From Thermoanaerobaculia bacterium (GTDB lineage: Bacteria; Acidobacteriota; Thermoanaerobaculia; Multivoradales; UBA5704): a stretch of 64,000 nt of DNA. Position 1 is the first letter of the stretch. Each line of letters starts with the position of its first letter. The position numbers and the translations under genes are program-made. Positions 18,316 through 28,252 of this stretch are shown in pieces. Location: NCBI GenBank assembly GCA_038250865.1, contig JBBSBW010000010.1, positions 77,256 to 141,255 of the forward strand. The letters run 5' to 3'. The notes under the pieces were generated by a model. That model was given only the letters and a program-made list of their open reading frames with translations. It was not told the origin of the DNA and did no database searches.

Positions 18316-19532
18316 AACGAGCCCACCCGCTCCGCTCCTTTCGGCAGTCGTACCTCCGACAGGCCCAAAAGCTGCCGGATCTCAGAAGATCCGGTGGCTG
18401 GGCACTTGCCTTCTCGGCCGAAAAGCCGAGACTGAACGACAGCCCGCTGTTCGGCTCGTCCCTCGAAGAGCTGACCGGAGCCGAGACCTCGACTCCCAAA
18501 CCCCAACAACACCCGACGCGGCGAGGAGGAAGAGCGGAAGAACCGCCCACCTCGCCCGCGCCGAGACGCAGCGGGTCGAACGTAGCCAAAGCCTTTCGAA
18601 GAGAAGAGCCGAGAGAGCCGGCTCCGCCGAGAGCCCTACCCCCGGAAGCTCCTGCGGCGGAACTCGCCCGCTGGGCAGGGGAGAAGGTGGAAGCCGTTCA
18701 ACAGCCGCAACGAAGAAAAAGAGAGAGCCCGGCAAGCGGAAGGCAAGCGCCCGATCCACAGGCCGTTGCCGACCATCGGCGGGAAGTCGCGACGCGTTCG
18801 AGGCGGCCTCTCTCCGTGACGGGCATGCCCAATGAATTGTCAGTAAGGGAGGAATCTCCCGAGGCCCGCGGGCGCGCGGAGCATGCGGCATCTCTGGAGA
18901 CCTCCGAACGCGGTGAGAAGAAGGCTGCCGGTAGCCTCGGGGTTGTTTCTCACTCCCGGTTGGGAGCGGCGCCTGACATCTCCGTCCGCGAGCCCGCCCC
19001 GCGGGTCCCTCTTTCCTCCCTACCCAGACAGGGCGGGAGGGGGAACGACCCATGGGGCACCCTCGTTTCCGGCGCGCAAGCGCCGCGTACCCTCCTGGAT
19101 GTGCCAACGAAGGAAAACGTTGCCCAACGAAGCCCGAAGGCAGCTCGCCCACGTGCTTCGAGTTCGCCGTTTTTACCCATCGACGAATCCCCAGCATCCC
19201 AGCCCAACGCGGCCAACGTTTCGCCGTTCTCGCACGATCGATCCTCCGCGCCCACGTTCGACGCCCACGAAGGCCACCCTTCTCCCTTCGCGCCGATCGC
19301 CGCCGATCCGCTCTCTCCGCACCCTACCGGCTCGCCGCTCGGGCCGTTCCCGAACGGCCCGACGCCCGACCGGGCGCTCCCCGACACCTTGCAGGGCGTT
19401 CCTTCTTTTTCTCCACCTGAAGCTTTTTCTTTTGCCCCTTCTTCTTCGTCTTCCGACGACCTATCCGATCTCGCTTCGAAGATCGAGCGCATCCTTACCG
19501 ACGAAGCGCGCCGCCATGGGATCGACGTCTGA
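18312..19532 (+). CDS. Pro/Ser/Ala-rich low-complexity protein in the tape-measure position
   Basis: Start and stop overlap both neighbours; mostly disordered composition with helical C-terminus DLASKIERILTDEARRHGIDV. Confidence 0.6.
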   Translation: MKRAHPLRSFRQSYLRQAQKLPDLRRSGGWALAFSAEKPRLNDSPLFGSSLEELTGAETSTPKPQQHPTRRGGRAEEPPTSPAPRRSGSNVAKAFRREEPREPAPPRALPPEAPAAELARWAGEKVEAVQQPQRRKRESPASGRQAPDPQAVADHRREVATRSRRPLSVTGMPNELSVREESPEARGRAEHAASLETSERGEKKAAGSLGVVSHSRLGAAPDISVREPAPRVPLSSLPRQGGRGNDPWGTLVSGAQAPRTLLDVPTKENVAQRSPKAARPRASSSPFLPIDESPASQPNAANVSPFSHDRSSAPTFDAHEGHPSPFAPIAADPLSPHPTGSPLGPFPNGPTPDRALPDTLQGVPSFSPPEAFSFAPSSSSSDDLSDLASKIERILTDEARRHGIDV

Positions 19533-20080
19533 TGCGCCCGATGCTCGACGACCTCGCTCTCCCTCAGGTGCAGGAGATCCGCACCTTGGAGCTGCGCTCG
19601 CTCGTCGAGCACAAGCCGCCGGGCATGTCCGGCAGCTTGCTCCAAAACCTTGGCCGTAAACCGGCGGTGCTCCAGCTCTGGGGGGTGGCCTCCGGCCCGG
19701 ATTCGAAACAATTCTTGGCCGATCTCGAAACGAAGTTCCGCGCGGCGACGCCGGTACCTTTCGTCGCCGACATCGCGACCAGCGCGGCGGTCCTAAAGTT
19801 CGCGATCCGCGATCTGCGGATGGAAGAGCTTGCCGGCCGCCCCGAGCGCTTCGCCTATGTCTTGACGCTCGCCGAGTTCATCGAGCCGGTCGAACCGGCG
19901 GAGCTCGAATCCGCGCTCGTCGATGCCGACCTGCTCGACCAGGCCGCAGGCCTGATGGACCAGATCACCGCCGGGCTCGACCTGGTGCCCGATTTCGCAA
20001 CTGGTCTTGAACGCTTCATCGCACCGCTCTCCGAGATGCTCACCCGCGTTCGCCAGTTCAACGCGGGCGGGGCTCACTGA
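19532..20080 (+). CDS. Mu gpN 'DNA circularisation N-terminal'-like (tube initiator-like) protein
   Basis: VEHKPPGMSGSLLQNLGRKP pattern; paralog of the N-terminus of 20574. Confidence 0.65.
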   Translation: MRPMLDDLALPQVQEIRTLELRSLVEHKPPGMSGSLLQNLGRKPAVLQLWGVASGPDSKQFLADLETKFRAATPVPFVADIATSAAVLKFAIRDLRMEELAGRPERFAYVLTLAEFIEPVEPAELESALVDADLLDQAAGLMDQITAGLDLVPDFATGLERFIAPLSEMLTRVRQFNAGGAH

Positions 20081-20093
20081 AAGGAAAACCATT

Positions 20094-20528
20094 ATGGCCA
20101 CCACGCCCGCCAGTCTGTTTGAGGATCTGAAGCGCACCCTCACCGAATTCAAAACCTTTCTCGACGCCAACATCGGGATCATCCGCCCGGCGATCCAGAC
20201 CCTCGGCTCGGTCGTGCCGCAGCTGCCGCAGCTGATCGGCCCGCTCGCGACGCTTCTCACCCAGTTGAAGACGGAGGTCCACAACCTGAACCCCGGGGCG
20301 GTCGCGGGGGATGCGCTGGCGAAAGTGACCGAGTTCTCCACCTCGACCCGCTCGCTGCTCGAAACCGCGAAGAACCTGCTCCCCGCGCAGGCCGCGGCGA
20401 TCGATCAGGTGCTCGGCGCGTTGGACATCGTGGGCTCCCTGCCGTCGCTCGGCGCGATCAAGGCCGAGATCGAATCGCTGCTCGATGCGGTCATCGTGCA
20501 CATCCGTTCACTTCAACCCTCGTCGTAG
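20094..20528 (+). CDS. all-helical hypothetical protein
   Basis: AAGGA RBS; amphipathic helices; in operon. Confidence 0.75.
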   Translation: MATTPASLFEDLKRTLTEFKTFLDANIGIIRPAIQTLGSVVPQLPQLIGPLATLLTQLKTEVHNLNPGAVAGDALAKVTEFSTSTRSLLETAKNLLPAQAAAIDQVLGALDIVGSLPSLGAIKAEIESLLDAVIVHIRSLQPSS

Positions 20529-20573
20529 CCGCCGGTTTAAGAACACCGCACGATTCCGAGGAGCCGTAAGCCC

Positions 20574-22481
20574 ATGCCGCCGCCCCGCCCCATGCTCGAC
20601 GATCTGGAGCTCGTCCAGGCGCAGCGCATCGCGTCCTCGGACGAGCAGGTATTCGCCGAGCACGCGGTTCCCGCGCTCGAAGGGGATTTCCTTCAGGATC
20701 TCGGCCGGCGCGCGGTGCGGATCGAAGCCTCCGCCGTGCTCACCGGGCCGGAGGCGAAAGACAAGGTGGCGGACCTGCGGGAGAAGTTCCGGGTTGCGGA
20801 ACCGATGCCGTTTACCGCCGACATCGCAACCGCCACGAGGGTCGATCCGGTGCTCGTCGAATCGCTCGCGATCCGCGAGCGCGCCGGCCGGCCCGAGGCG
20901 TTCGAGGTGGCGATCTCGCTGCGTGAATTCATCGCGCCGCCTACCCCTGAGACCGAGGATCCGCCGATCCTGCCGCCCGATCCGCCGGTCGAAGAGATCG
21001 GCTCGCTTGAGGTGACGGTGCTGGTCGAAGGGCGGCCGGAGTTCGATTTCTCAACTGTCACGGTGACGGCCACCGGCACGCAGGACAGCGGCCCAACTCT
21101 CGACCGGCCGGTGACAGGCCGGAGCGGCAACGTCTGGACCGAAGACGGCTTTCCGCCAGGGAAGTACACGATCAACGCGGTGGTCGAAAGCCCAGAGGCT
21201 CTCTCGGGCGCCGCGCCCGCGGACGTGCGGTCGGGCCAGGTGACGGAGGTGATGATCGTCCTTCATCCCGGTGCGCAGATCGCCAAGGCGTTCATCATCC
21301 ATTACCGCTTCGACCGGGCGTTCGTCGAGCCCTGCCTGCGCGAGGTGCTGCGTCGGGTGGTCGACTATTCGGACGTCCATCCGAAGGAGAAGATGCTGGT
21401 GGTCGGCCACACCGACCGGGCCGGCTCGGGCGACTACAACCAGTTCCTCTCCGAACGCCGGGCGCGCGGCGTCTACGCATTCCTCGCCTTCGGCCGCGAG
21501 CGAGATCTCGCGATCGATGATTGGAACGAGCTGCGGAAGAAGGCTGTCGGCGGGTCGAGCCTCGCCGATTCGTGGAGCGAACGCGAGCAGCAGTACATGC
21601 TCCAGGATCTCGGCTTTTACGTCGGCAACATCGACGAGAAACCGAGCGCCGATCTGACCGCGGCGACCGTGCGATTTCAGACCGATCGGGGCCTAACGGC
21701 AGACGGCGTGATGGGCGACACCACATGGAAGGCGCTGGTGACGGCCTACATGGAACAGGACTCGTTCGCGATCCCCGAAGCGCGCCTGTTCCGCAACGCC
21801 GACGGCTCGGGCGACGCCGGGCCTCTCCGTTGGCTCGGCTGCGGCGAGCAGGTGCCGGTCAAGAACACCGAGGACGCCTGGCGGCCGAATCGGCGGACCG
21901 AGATCCTGTTCGTGCGTGCCGAAAAGATCCCCTGCCAGGTGGCAAAGCCGGTCACGCTCGACCTGCCGCCGAATTCGCCGACGCTGGGGCCGCCGCCTCG
22001 CCCGTGGCGGCTCGGGCCGGGCAACGTGAACCAGCGGCAATGCTTCGCCACCCGCGATCCGAACGAGCGCGGCAAGTGGCTGATCCAACCGGCGGAACCG
22101 GGGAAGGTCAGGGTGGAAGGGCAGATCGTCTTCGAGGACGGCAGTCCCGTGCCGAACGCGCAGTTCGCGCTCGCCGCGGCCGACGGCGAATACCTGCACA
22201 CCAACGAGGCGGGGGAGGCCGATCTCGGCGAGGTGCCGCGGACCACCGCGTTTTCTCCCGATCATCCGACCCAGGCCGGCCGGCCGATCCCCGATCGCGC
22301 GGACGCCGAGGGAAAGTTCTCGTATCCCAAGGAGACGCCGGAAGGGGTCTACATCCTGGAGCTGTTCGGCCTCGACCGACCGGCAACGGCGCGCGCGGGC
22401 GACGACGCGCCGGAAGAGGCGCGCGGCAACATCGTCTGTCTTCATTTCGAACCGGGCGGCGGCTCGGTGGTGGTTCGGTGA
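20574..22481 (+). CDS. gpN-like domain fused to OmpA-like and peptidoglycan-binding domains
   Basis: N-terminal AEHAVPALEGDFLQDLGRR; OmpA GHTDRAGSGDYNQFLSERRA...NRRTEILF interrupted by PG_binding_1 (FQTDRGLTADGVMGDTTW); Ig-like flanking domains. Confidence 0.85.
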   Translation: MPPPRPMLDDLELVQAQRIASSDEQVFAEHAVPALEGDFLQDLGRRAVRIEASAVLTGPEAKDKVADLREKFRVAEPMPFTADIATATRVDPVLVESLAIRERAGRPEAFEVAISLREFIAPPTPETEDPPILPPDPPVEEIGSLEVTVLVEGRPEFDFSTVTVTATGTQDSGPTLDRPVTGRSGNVWTEDGFPPGKYTINAVVESPEALSGAAPADVRSGQVTEVMIVLHPGAQIAKAFIIHYRFDRAFVEPCLREVLRRVVDYSDVHPKEKMLVVGHTDRAGSGDYNQFLSERRARGVYAFLAFGRERDLAIDDWNELRKKAVGGSSLADSWSEREQQYMLQDLGFYVGNIDEKPSADLTAATVRFQTDRGLTADGVMGDTTWKALVTAYMEQDSFAIPEARLFRNADGSGDAGPLRWLGCGEQVPVKNTEDAWRPNRRTEILFVRAEKIPCQVAKPVTLDLPPNSPTLGPPPRPWRLGPGNVNQRQCFATRDPNERGKWLIQPAEPGKVRVEGQIVFEDGSPVPNAQFALAAADGEYLHTNEAGEADLGEVPRTTAFSPDHPTQAGRPIPDRADAEGKFSYPKETPEGVYILELFGLDRPATARAGDDAPEEARGNIVCLHFEPGGGSVVVR

Positions 22482-22491
22482 GGCAACGGCG

Positions 22492-25400
22492 ATGACCGAT
22501 CCGCAGAAAGGCGTGATCCAGCGAGTGCCGGTCGTGCCCTCGCCGATCGCTGGAACGTTCACGTTTCCGGCGAATCGCGCTGCGCTTTCCGTGCCGCTCC
22601 CGGTGATGGTGCAGCGCCCGCACACTACGCCCGCACGGGTCGAAGTGGTGATCGGCGTCTCGCGCCGCTTCCGCGGCACCGGAGGAACGTTGGACGAGAG
22701 TGGGAAGATCGCCGCGATCAGCTGGTTCGACAGAGCGGGCAACCCAATCGTTTTCACCAATGGTGCCCGCTCTCTCACCACGGCCCAGCTCAACGCGGGT
22801 TTTCATATGTTCGGCGAGAGCACCGTTCCGAGCGATTCGGTCGGCGACTACGTGCTCACACTCACGCTCGTAGGCGGCCCCGATCCGCTCGCCACACCGG
22901 CTTCTCATGCCGACCTGACTGCGGTGCGCCTGACGCTCGATGTCTTTCCGCCTGGCCCACGGTTCGGCCCTGGCGTGCCGGCGCCGATGCCCGAGCCGCC
23001 AGCCGCGGCGCCGGCTCCCGGTACCGCGACCGACAAGTGGTTCCTCGGCCGCACGGTGAACGTCCAGGACGCGGCGCTGGCACAGGAGCGGGCGCGCATT
23101 CGGGTCCGCCAGGTCGAGCCGTCGAGCTTCGCCGGCAGGCTTTCAATTCGCCAGCGGGCTCTCTCGGGCACCACGATCGGTCGCGACACCGCGCGCGCCG
23201 CGCTGTTTGACGACGATCTGGTTCCACCGCCCGGTCTGCCGCCGCCAGCAGTTGCCCCCCCGGCGAACACGAACCCGTTCGCTTTCGATCCGCCGAGCAT
23301 TCTCGGTCGCGACTTCTTCGTCGAGGGGCGAGCGCTAAGCGCTGCGCGGCGCGATATCGCTTTCCAGGTCGGTTTTGAAGGGGGGGAGCCGGACGGCGAC
23401 CGGATCGCCTTTACGGTCGGTGTCGGCTGCTCGATCGCGATCGGTAATCCATTGCGTGCCGTGCTGGTGAAGAAAGCGCCCGCGAACCCCGCCCGCCAGA
23501 CGGTCACGCTCAAAGCGAACGTCGCATTTGCGGGGACCGGTTCGTTCGACGTGACCGCCGGCAATGCGCCGACGAAAGTCCAGTTCTTTGCCACGGCGAT
23601 CAGCGTGGCGGCGCTACCCCTGCCGATCACCGCGCCGGGCGCGCAGCTCTCATCCGCCACGGGTTTCCAGCTGTTCGCCGAGGGGATTGCGCCGAGCGGC
23701 ACGGTGGACGAGCTGGAACTCGCGTTGACTCTCGCAGACGGCACGCCCCCTTCGGGAGTACCCGCGAGGGCGAAGATGACTGCGGTCGAGGTCACCCTCG
23801 ACGTCTTCCTCTCTCGCCCTCTCGCCGGTGGAGCGGCGCCGCAGATGCCGACGGCGGACAAGGTGGCGACCGGCCGATTCATCCAGGTTGCGAGCCCGAC
23901 CGCGAGTCACGAGCGGGTTCGTTTGGTCGTTCAGCCTCCGACCCCGAATCTCTCCTGTGACCTCATGCTAAGGGCGCTCGGGCCGGCACCGGCCGCGGTC
24001 AGACCGTTCACTGATGAGAGGATCAACGTCGGTCGCGAGGTGGCTCTGCCGGAGAGGATCTCCTCTCTGGCCGCGGGCCTGGGGCAGTTCGATCGCTTCG
24101 CGGAAGGGATCCGGCCGAGCGCCGCATTGCGCGATACCGGCTTCCAACTCGGCATCGATACCCTCGACGACGACGGCGATCGGGTGCCGATGACCGCGCT
24201 CGAGTTCGCGGTGGCGGAAGATGACACGGCGGCCGCAGCGGTGCTCCACGCGGTTCGTTTCGGGCTGTGGGACCAGGGGTACGACGCGGCGGGCGATGTG
24301 CGCGCGGATTTCATCGACAGCGACCGCCGACGCTTTCATTTCCAGACGCGGGGCGGGCCGAACGTGGCGACGCTAAGTCTCGCTTGGCGAACGCTACGCG
24401 CCGACCGGACGACAGGTGACGACGTGCCGGCTTCAGACCTCCTAACTCTTTCCCGGACACCCGACGGGCGGCTCGTTTCGCGCGGGGTGATGCTGGTGAC
24501 CGACGACATCGACGCGGCGCAGTCCACTCAGAGCGGCCTCGTACCACCGCTCGGCGTGGAGCCCAGAGTCCGCGGTGCCTCGGACCATCGGCTCCGTCGC
24601 GCGCGAATCGACGGCTTCGTGCGCGCGACGATCCAGCCGGCCGCCGGTCAGATTCATAGCTTGACGCTTCCGGTCTTCGATCGCGAAGTGCCGTTCTCGA
24701 CCACCTCGACGAGCGTGGTGGCGCCGGGTGTCGCGGCGGTGACTCCAGCGGCTATGAGCGGCACGGCGAACACGGGGGCGCGGTGGCGGATCAAGGTGGG
24801 CTCGAAGCTGACGATCGACAGCGGCGCAAACCAGGAGACGGTGACCGTGACGACGGTTGCCGCTGGTTCCTTCACGGCGAACTTCGCCGGAGCTCATGGT
24901 GGCGCGCCGTACCCAGTTGCAGGAGCCACCGATGAGCGGCGCAGGCTTCGGGTCAGGGTCGTTCGCTACCTGAATGCTTTGGATTTCTCGTACGTGGCTG
25001 CGCTCGACGGCGATATTGATGCGCAGTTCGCTCATGCCAACCAGCGTTGGATGCCGGCGGGCTTGCAGATCGATCGGTCGGCGACCGAGGACCGGCAGAT
25101 CCCGGCGGCGGCGCTGGATGCCGGCAAGTTCCCTGCTGATCCGGTCAACAGTCCGCAGGAACTCGCCGCTTACTCCGATCTGATCGCGGGGAGCGCGGAT
25201 GGTGGCATCACCGTCGTCTTCGTCGACCTGAGCGGGGGGGCAAATGCGATCACCTCCATCCAGGACGTGCCGAACATCGTGACCTCGGCGGGACCTGTGC
25301 CCTTTGGCGACCGGATGTTCATCTTCATCGCGGGCCGGCTCGATCCGCTGGACGAGACCCTCGCCCATGAGTTGTCGCACGCCCTCTACAATCGGTCGGA

Positions 25401-25644
25401 TGCGGCGCAACTCCGCCGATTCTTCACCCTGAACACGAACGCTCCTACCGGCTTTGGGATCCCGCTGCCCGACGTGAGAATTTACCGCCGGATGCATACC
25501 CTGCACGGCAATCCGAATCTCGACCTGAACAATGACTGTTCGTTCAATTGGTTTCGCCGTCCGCGGACTATTAAGAACTCCGCGGCGATCGGGTTTGCGC
25601 TGCCTACGAACACGACGGGCAGCAATGCCACGGAAGACTTCTAG
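22492..25644 (+). CDS. large repeat protein with C-terminal HExxH zinc-metalloprotease-like domain (putative effector)
   Basis: Two internal ~300-aa repeats (TAVRLTLDVF/TAVEVTLDVF; DGDRI/DGDRV); ETLAHELSH near C-terminus; no signal peptide. Confidence 0.7.
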   Translation: MTDPQKGVIQRVPVVPSPIAGTFTFPANRAALSVPLPVMVQRPHTTPARVEVVIGVSRRFRGTGGTLDESGKIAAISWFDRAGNPIVFTNGARSLTTAQLNAGFHMFGESTVPSDSVGDYVLTLTLVGGPDPLATPASHADLTAVRLTLDVFPPGPRFGPGVPAPMPEPPAAAPAPGTATDKWFLGRTVNVQDAALAQERARIRVRQVEPSSFAGRLSIRQRALSGTTIGRDTARAALFDDDLVPPPGLPPPAVAPPANTNPFAFDPPSILGRDFFVEGRALSAARRDIAFQVGFEGGEPDGDRIAFTVGVGCSIAIGNPLRAVLVKKAPANPARQTVTLKANVAFAGTGSFDVTAGNAPTKVQFFATAISVAALPLPITAPGAQLSSATGFQLFAEGIAPSGTVDELELALTLADGTPPSGVPARAKMTAVEVTLDVFLSRPLAGGAAPQMPTADKVATGRFIQVASPTASHERVRLVVQPPTPNLSCDLMLRALGPAPAAVRPFTDERINVGREVALPERISSLAAGLGQFDRFAEGIRPSAALRDTGFQLGIDTLDDDGDRVPMTALEFAVAEDDTAAAAVLHAVRFGLWDQGYDAAGDVRADFIDSDRRRFHFQTRGGPNVATLSLAWRTLRADRTTGDDVPASDLLTLSRTPDGRLVSRGVMLVTDDIDAAQSTQSGLVPPLGVEPRVRGASDHRLRRARIDGFVRATIQPAAGQIHSLTLPVFDREVPFSTTSTSVVAPGVAAVTPAAMSGTANTGARWRIKVGSKLTIDSGANQETVTVTTVAAGSFTANFAGAHGGAPYPVAGATDERRRLRVRVVRYLNALDFSYVAALDGDIDAQFAHANQRWMPAGLQIDRSATEDRQIPAAALDAGKFPADPVNSPQELAAYSDLIAGSADGGITVVFVDLSGGANAITSIQDVPNIVTSAGPVPFGDRMFIFIAGRLDPLDETLAHELSHALYNRSDAAQLRRFFTLNTNAPTGFGIPLPDVRIYRRMHTLHGNPNLDLNNDCSFNWFRRPRTIKNSAAIGFALPTNTTGSNATEDF

Positions 25645-25656
25645 AGGAGTGAGGAA

Positions 25657-26061
25657 ATGGACGGGATCGAGGCAGATGTGCGCACGATGATCGGTGGCAG
25701 CTTCACCCAGCATTCGCTGGCGCCGACGGAATACGAGGCGATTCTTAGCCGCGCTCGCGAGAAACCCGACGCCTACCTGGACGTCTTCGAACGCGATTGC
25801 CTCGGGGTTCGCTTCGACGCCGAGCAGCACTCGAACCTTCATGCCGCCGTCCTGCTGCGCCACCTACGCGACGTGGCACCCGATCGAGTTCGCGCGCTCG
25901 CGGCGAGTTTGCTCCGGCAATACGACGCAGTGCTCGTGATCTATGACCAGCTCCCGGATAAAGCGATGCTCGACGCGCACCTCCCGCTGCGAAGCGCGAA
26001 CTACCTGGTCCGCCTGAGCGAGCGACGCCGCGAGCTGCGCCGCCTGGCGGAGGAGCCATGA
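25657..26061 (+). CDS. small helical protein, putative immunity/inhibitor
   Basis: GAGG RBS; 134 aa directly after the putative effector; function inferred from position. Confidence 0.55.
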   Translation: MDGIEADVRTMIGGSFTQHSLAPTEYEAILSRAREKPDAYLDVFERDCLGVRFDAEQHSNLHAAVLLRHLRDVAPDRVRALAASLLRQYDAVLVIYDQLPDKAMLDAHLPLRSANYLVRLSERRRELRRLAEEP

Positions 26062-27101
26062 CCGCAGGCCTCACCCCCGCCTACCGCCTGCGCCTCGGGA
26101 GCAAGGTGGTCGATACGTCGAGAGAGCCGAAGGCGAGCACGCTGGTGGCGCTCGACCTGGTGCTCGATCTCGACGTGCCGGCGGATGCGTTCACCCTGGC
26201 GCTCGGCGCCGTGGGCTCGTTCCGTCCCGCCCAGGGCGACGTGGCGGAAATCTCTCTTGGCTATAAAGGGGAGGCCGCCGAAAAGGTGATCTCGGGCTCC
26301 GTGGTCGCGGTCGAATCGGGGCTCACCGAAATCCATGTCACGGGCAAAAGCGGCGCGGCGAAACTGCTGCGCACGTTTCTCGACAAGACGTTCGAAGGAA
26401 TGAACGCGGGCGACATCGTGCGCGAGCTGTGCAAGACGGGAGGTGTCGACATCGCGCGCTGCGAAGACGGCACGCACTTTCCGGCGTACGTGATCGACTC
26501 GCGGCGCAGCGCCTGGCACCACCTGCGCGATCTGGCGGACCTCTGCGGCTTCGACCTCTGGATCGACCGCGACGGCAAGCTGGTCTTCGAACGCTTCGCG
26601 GGCGGGCGGATCGCCCACGTGCTCGAATTCAAAAAGCACCTTCTGGCGCTCGAAGTGCTGCGCCATGCACCCGGCGTCGCGCGGGTCGAGGCCTGGGGCG
26701 AGAGCCCCGCTTCGGCGCGCGGCGAAAAAACCTGGGGCTGGCTCACCCACGACTTTACCGGCGCGCGCGGCACCCAAGGCGAAGGCGATCCGCTCCGCCG
26801 GCTCGAACGGCCGGTGCTCCGCACGCGCCAGGCGGCGCAGACGGCGGCCACCGCGCTCTGGCGAAAAATCCAGAGGAGCGCGCTCACCGGCCGCGCGCTC
26901 ACGGTCGGCCGACCGCAGGTGCGGCTCGGCGACTCGATCCGTCTGCGCGGCCTCGCCGACGAATCGCTCAACACGTTCTTCCAGGTGCGCCGCGTCCGAC
27001 ACCGCTTGACCAAGGCGGGGGGCTTTACCACAGAGATCGGTTTTCGTTCGATCGAGATCCCGGGCGATCCCGCCACGTCGGTCGGAGGGGGCGCGCCATG
27101 A
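26058..27101 (+). CDS. phage late control D / baseplate hub (gp27/VgrG N-terminal-like) protein
   Basis: AEISLGY, LRDLADLCGFDLWIDRDGKLVF and VRRVRHRLTKAGGFTTEI gpD motifs. Confidence 0.88.
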   Translation: MTAGLTPAYRLRLGSKVVDTSREPKASTLVALDLVLDLDVPADAFTLALGAVGSFRPAQGDVAEISLGYKGEAAEKVISGSVVAVESGLTEIHVTGKSGAAKLLRTFLDKTFEGMNAGDIVRELCKTGGVDIARCEDGTHFPAYVIDSRRSAWHHLRDLADLCGFDLWIDRDGKLVFERFAGGRIAHVLEFKKHLLALEVLRHAPGVARVEAWGESPASARGEKTWGWLTHDFTGARGTQGEGDPLRRLERPVLRTRQAAQTAATALWRKIQRSALTGRALTVGRPQVRLGDSIRLRGLADESLNTFFQVRRVRHRLTKAGGFTTEIGFRSIEIPGDPATSVGGGAP

Positions 27102-27895
27102 GCCTGATCGGTACCTTGCAGGAGATCGTCCGCGCCGAGCTGGCGGGATTGCGCATCGCCGAGCTGGGCGTGGTCGATGCGGTGCAGCCGCACGAGGAGG
27201 GGGGCGACTCCGACAACTACGCCTGCGACGTCAAATTGAAGAACAGCGGCCTGCTGCTGCGCCGGGTGCCGATCGCGACCGACCGGATCGGCGCGGTCGC
27301 CCCGCCGAACGTCGGCGATCTCGTGCTACTGGCGTTCGACAAGGGAGACGTCAATCAGCCCATCGTCATCGGCCGGCTCTACGACGAGCGCCAACGCGCG
27401 CCGACGAGCCATTTGAACGAGGTGATCTTCCGCCTGCCGCTCGACGAAGCCGACGACAAGACGATCAAAGCCGCGATCCGGAAGACCGACGGTGACCCGA
27501 AGCGCGAGCTGCTGTTCGAGATGCCGCCGAAGATCAAAGTGCAGGTGACCGACGATCACGTCAGCGCCACCGCGGGCCAGACCGAGATGAAGCTCACACA
27601 GGCGGGCGGGGGCGCCGATGGAAAGGTTACGGTGACCGCCGGCCGGACCACGATCACGATGGATCAGGATGGCACCGTGACGATCGAATCCGCCACCAGC
27701 CTTTCGATCGAAGCGGAAACCGATCTCACGATCAAAGGCGCCTCCGTGAGCATCGAGGCGACCGGCGGCGTCACCGTTTCGGGCGCCACGGCGACGCTCA
27801 AAGCGAGCGGAAGTGCCACCGTGCAGGGCAACGGCGGCGCCACGCTCAAAGGCTCGATGGTCCTGATCCAAGGCAATACCAGCTTCTCGCCCTAG
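27098..27895 (+). CDS. baseplate assembly protein V / spike (gp5 OB-fold + beta-helix)
   Basis: PNVGDLVLLAFDKGDVNQPIVIGRLY; C-terminal beta-helix repeats. Confidence 0.92.
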   Translation: MSLIGTLQEIVRAELAGLRIAELGVVDAVQPHEEGGDSDNYACDVKLKNSGLLLRRVPIATDRIGAVAPPNVGDLVLLAFDKGDVNQPIVIGRLYDERQRAPTSHLNEVIFRLPLDEADDKTIKAAIRKTDGDPKRELLFEMPPKIKVQVTDDHVSATAGQTEMKLTQAGGGADGKVTVTAGRTTITMDQDGTVTIESATSLSIEAETDLTIKGASVSIEATGGVTVSGATATLKASGSATVQGNGGATLKGSMVLIQGNTSFSP

Positions 27896-27904
27896 GGGAA
27901 AATC

Positions 27905-28240
27905 ATGCCCGGACCGCCCGTAACAATAGGTTGCGCAGTCGTAGTAACGCCGGGGGCTGCTGTAGCGCCCGATACTGGTGTGATCGCGCTGATTCCACCT
28001 CCGTTTATCACCGCCGGCGGCATGCCGCTCGCCACCGTGGGATCGACTTGCACGATGGTGAACTCGGTAACCGGCGTGCCCTACCCGTTGGTGATCGGTC
28101 CGCTCGGCGCGAGCATGGGCGTCACCGTCGGCGGCAAGGCTCTGGTGCGGGCCGGCGATCGGATTCTTCTCGGGCCTTTGACTCTGGTGATCGGTGGTCC
28201 GCCCGCGGCGACGTTCGTGCTCGACACCTGGGGACCGTAG
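27905..28240 (+). CDS. PAAR-like spike tip protein
   Basis: 111 aa after spike; AGGMPLATVGS and VTVGGKALVRAGD PAAR-like motifs. Confidence 0.7.
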   Translation: MPGPPVTIGCAVVVTPGAAVAPDTGVIALIPPPFITAGGMPLATVGSTCTMVNSVTGVPYPLVIGPLGASMGVTVGGKALVRAGDRILLGPLTLVIGGPPAATFVLDTWGP

Positions 28241-28252
28241 CGCCGTCTTTCG

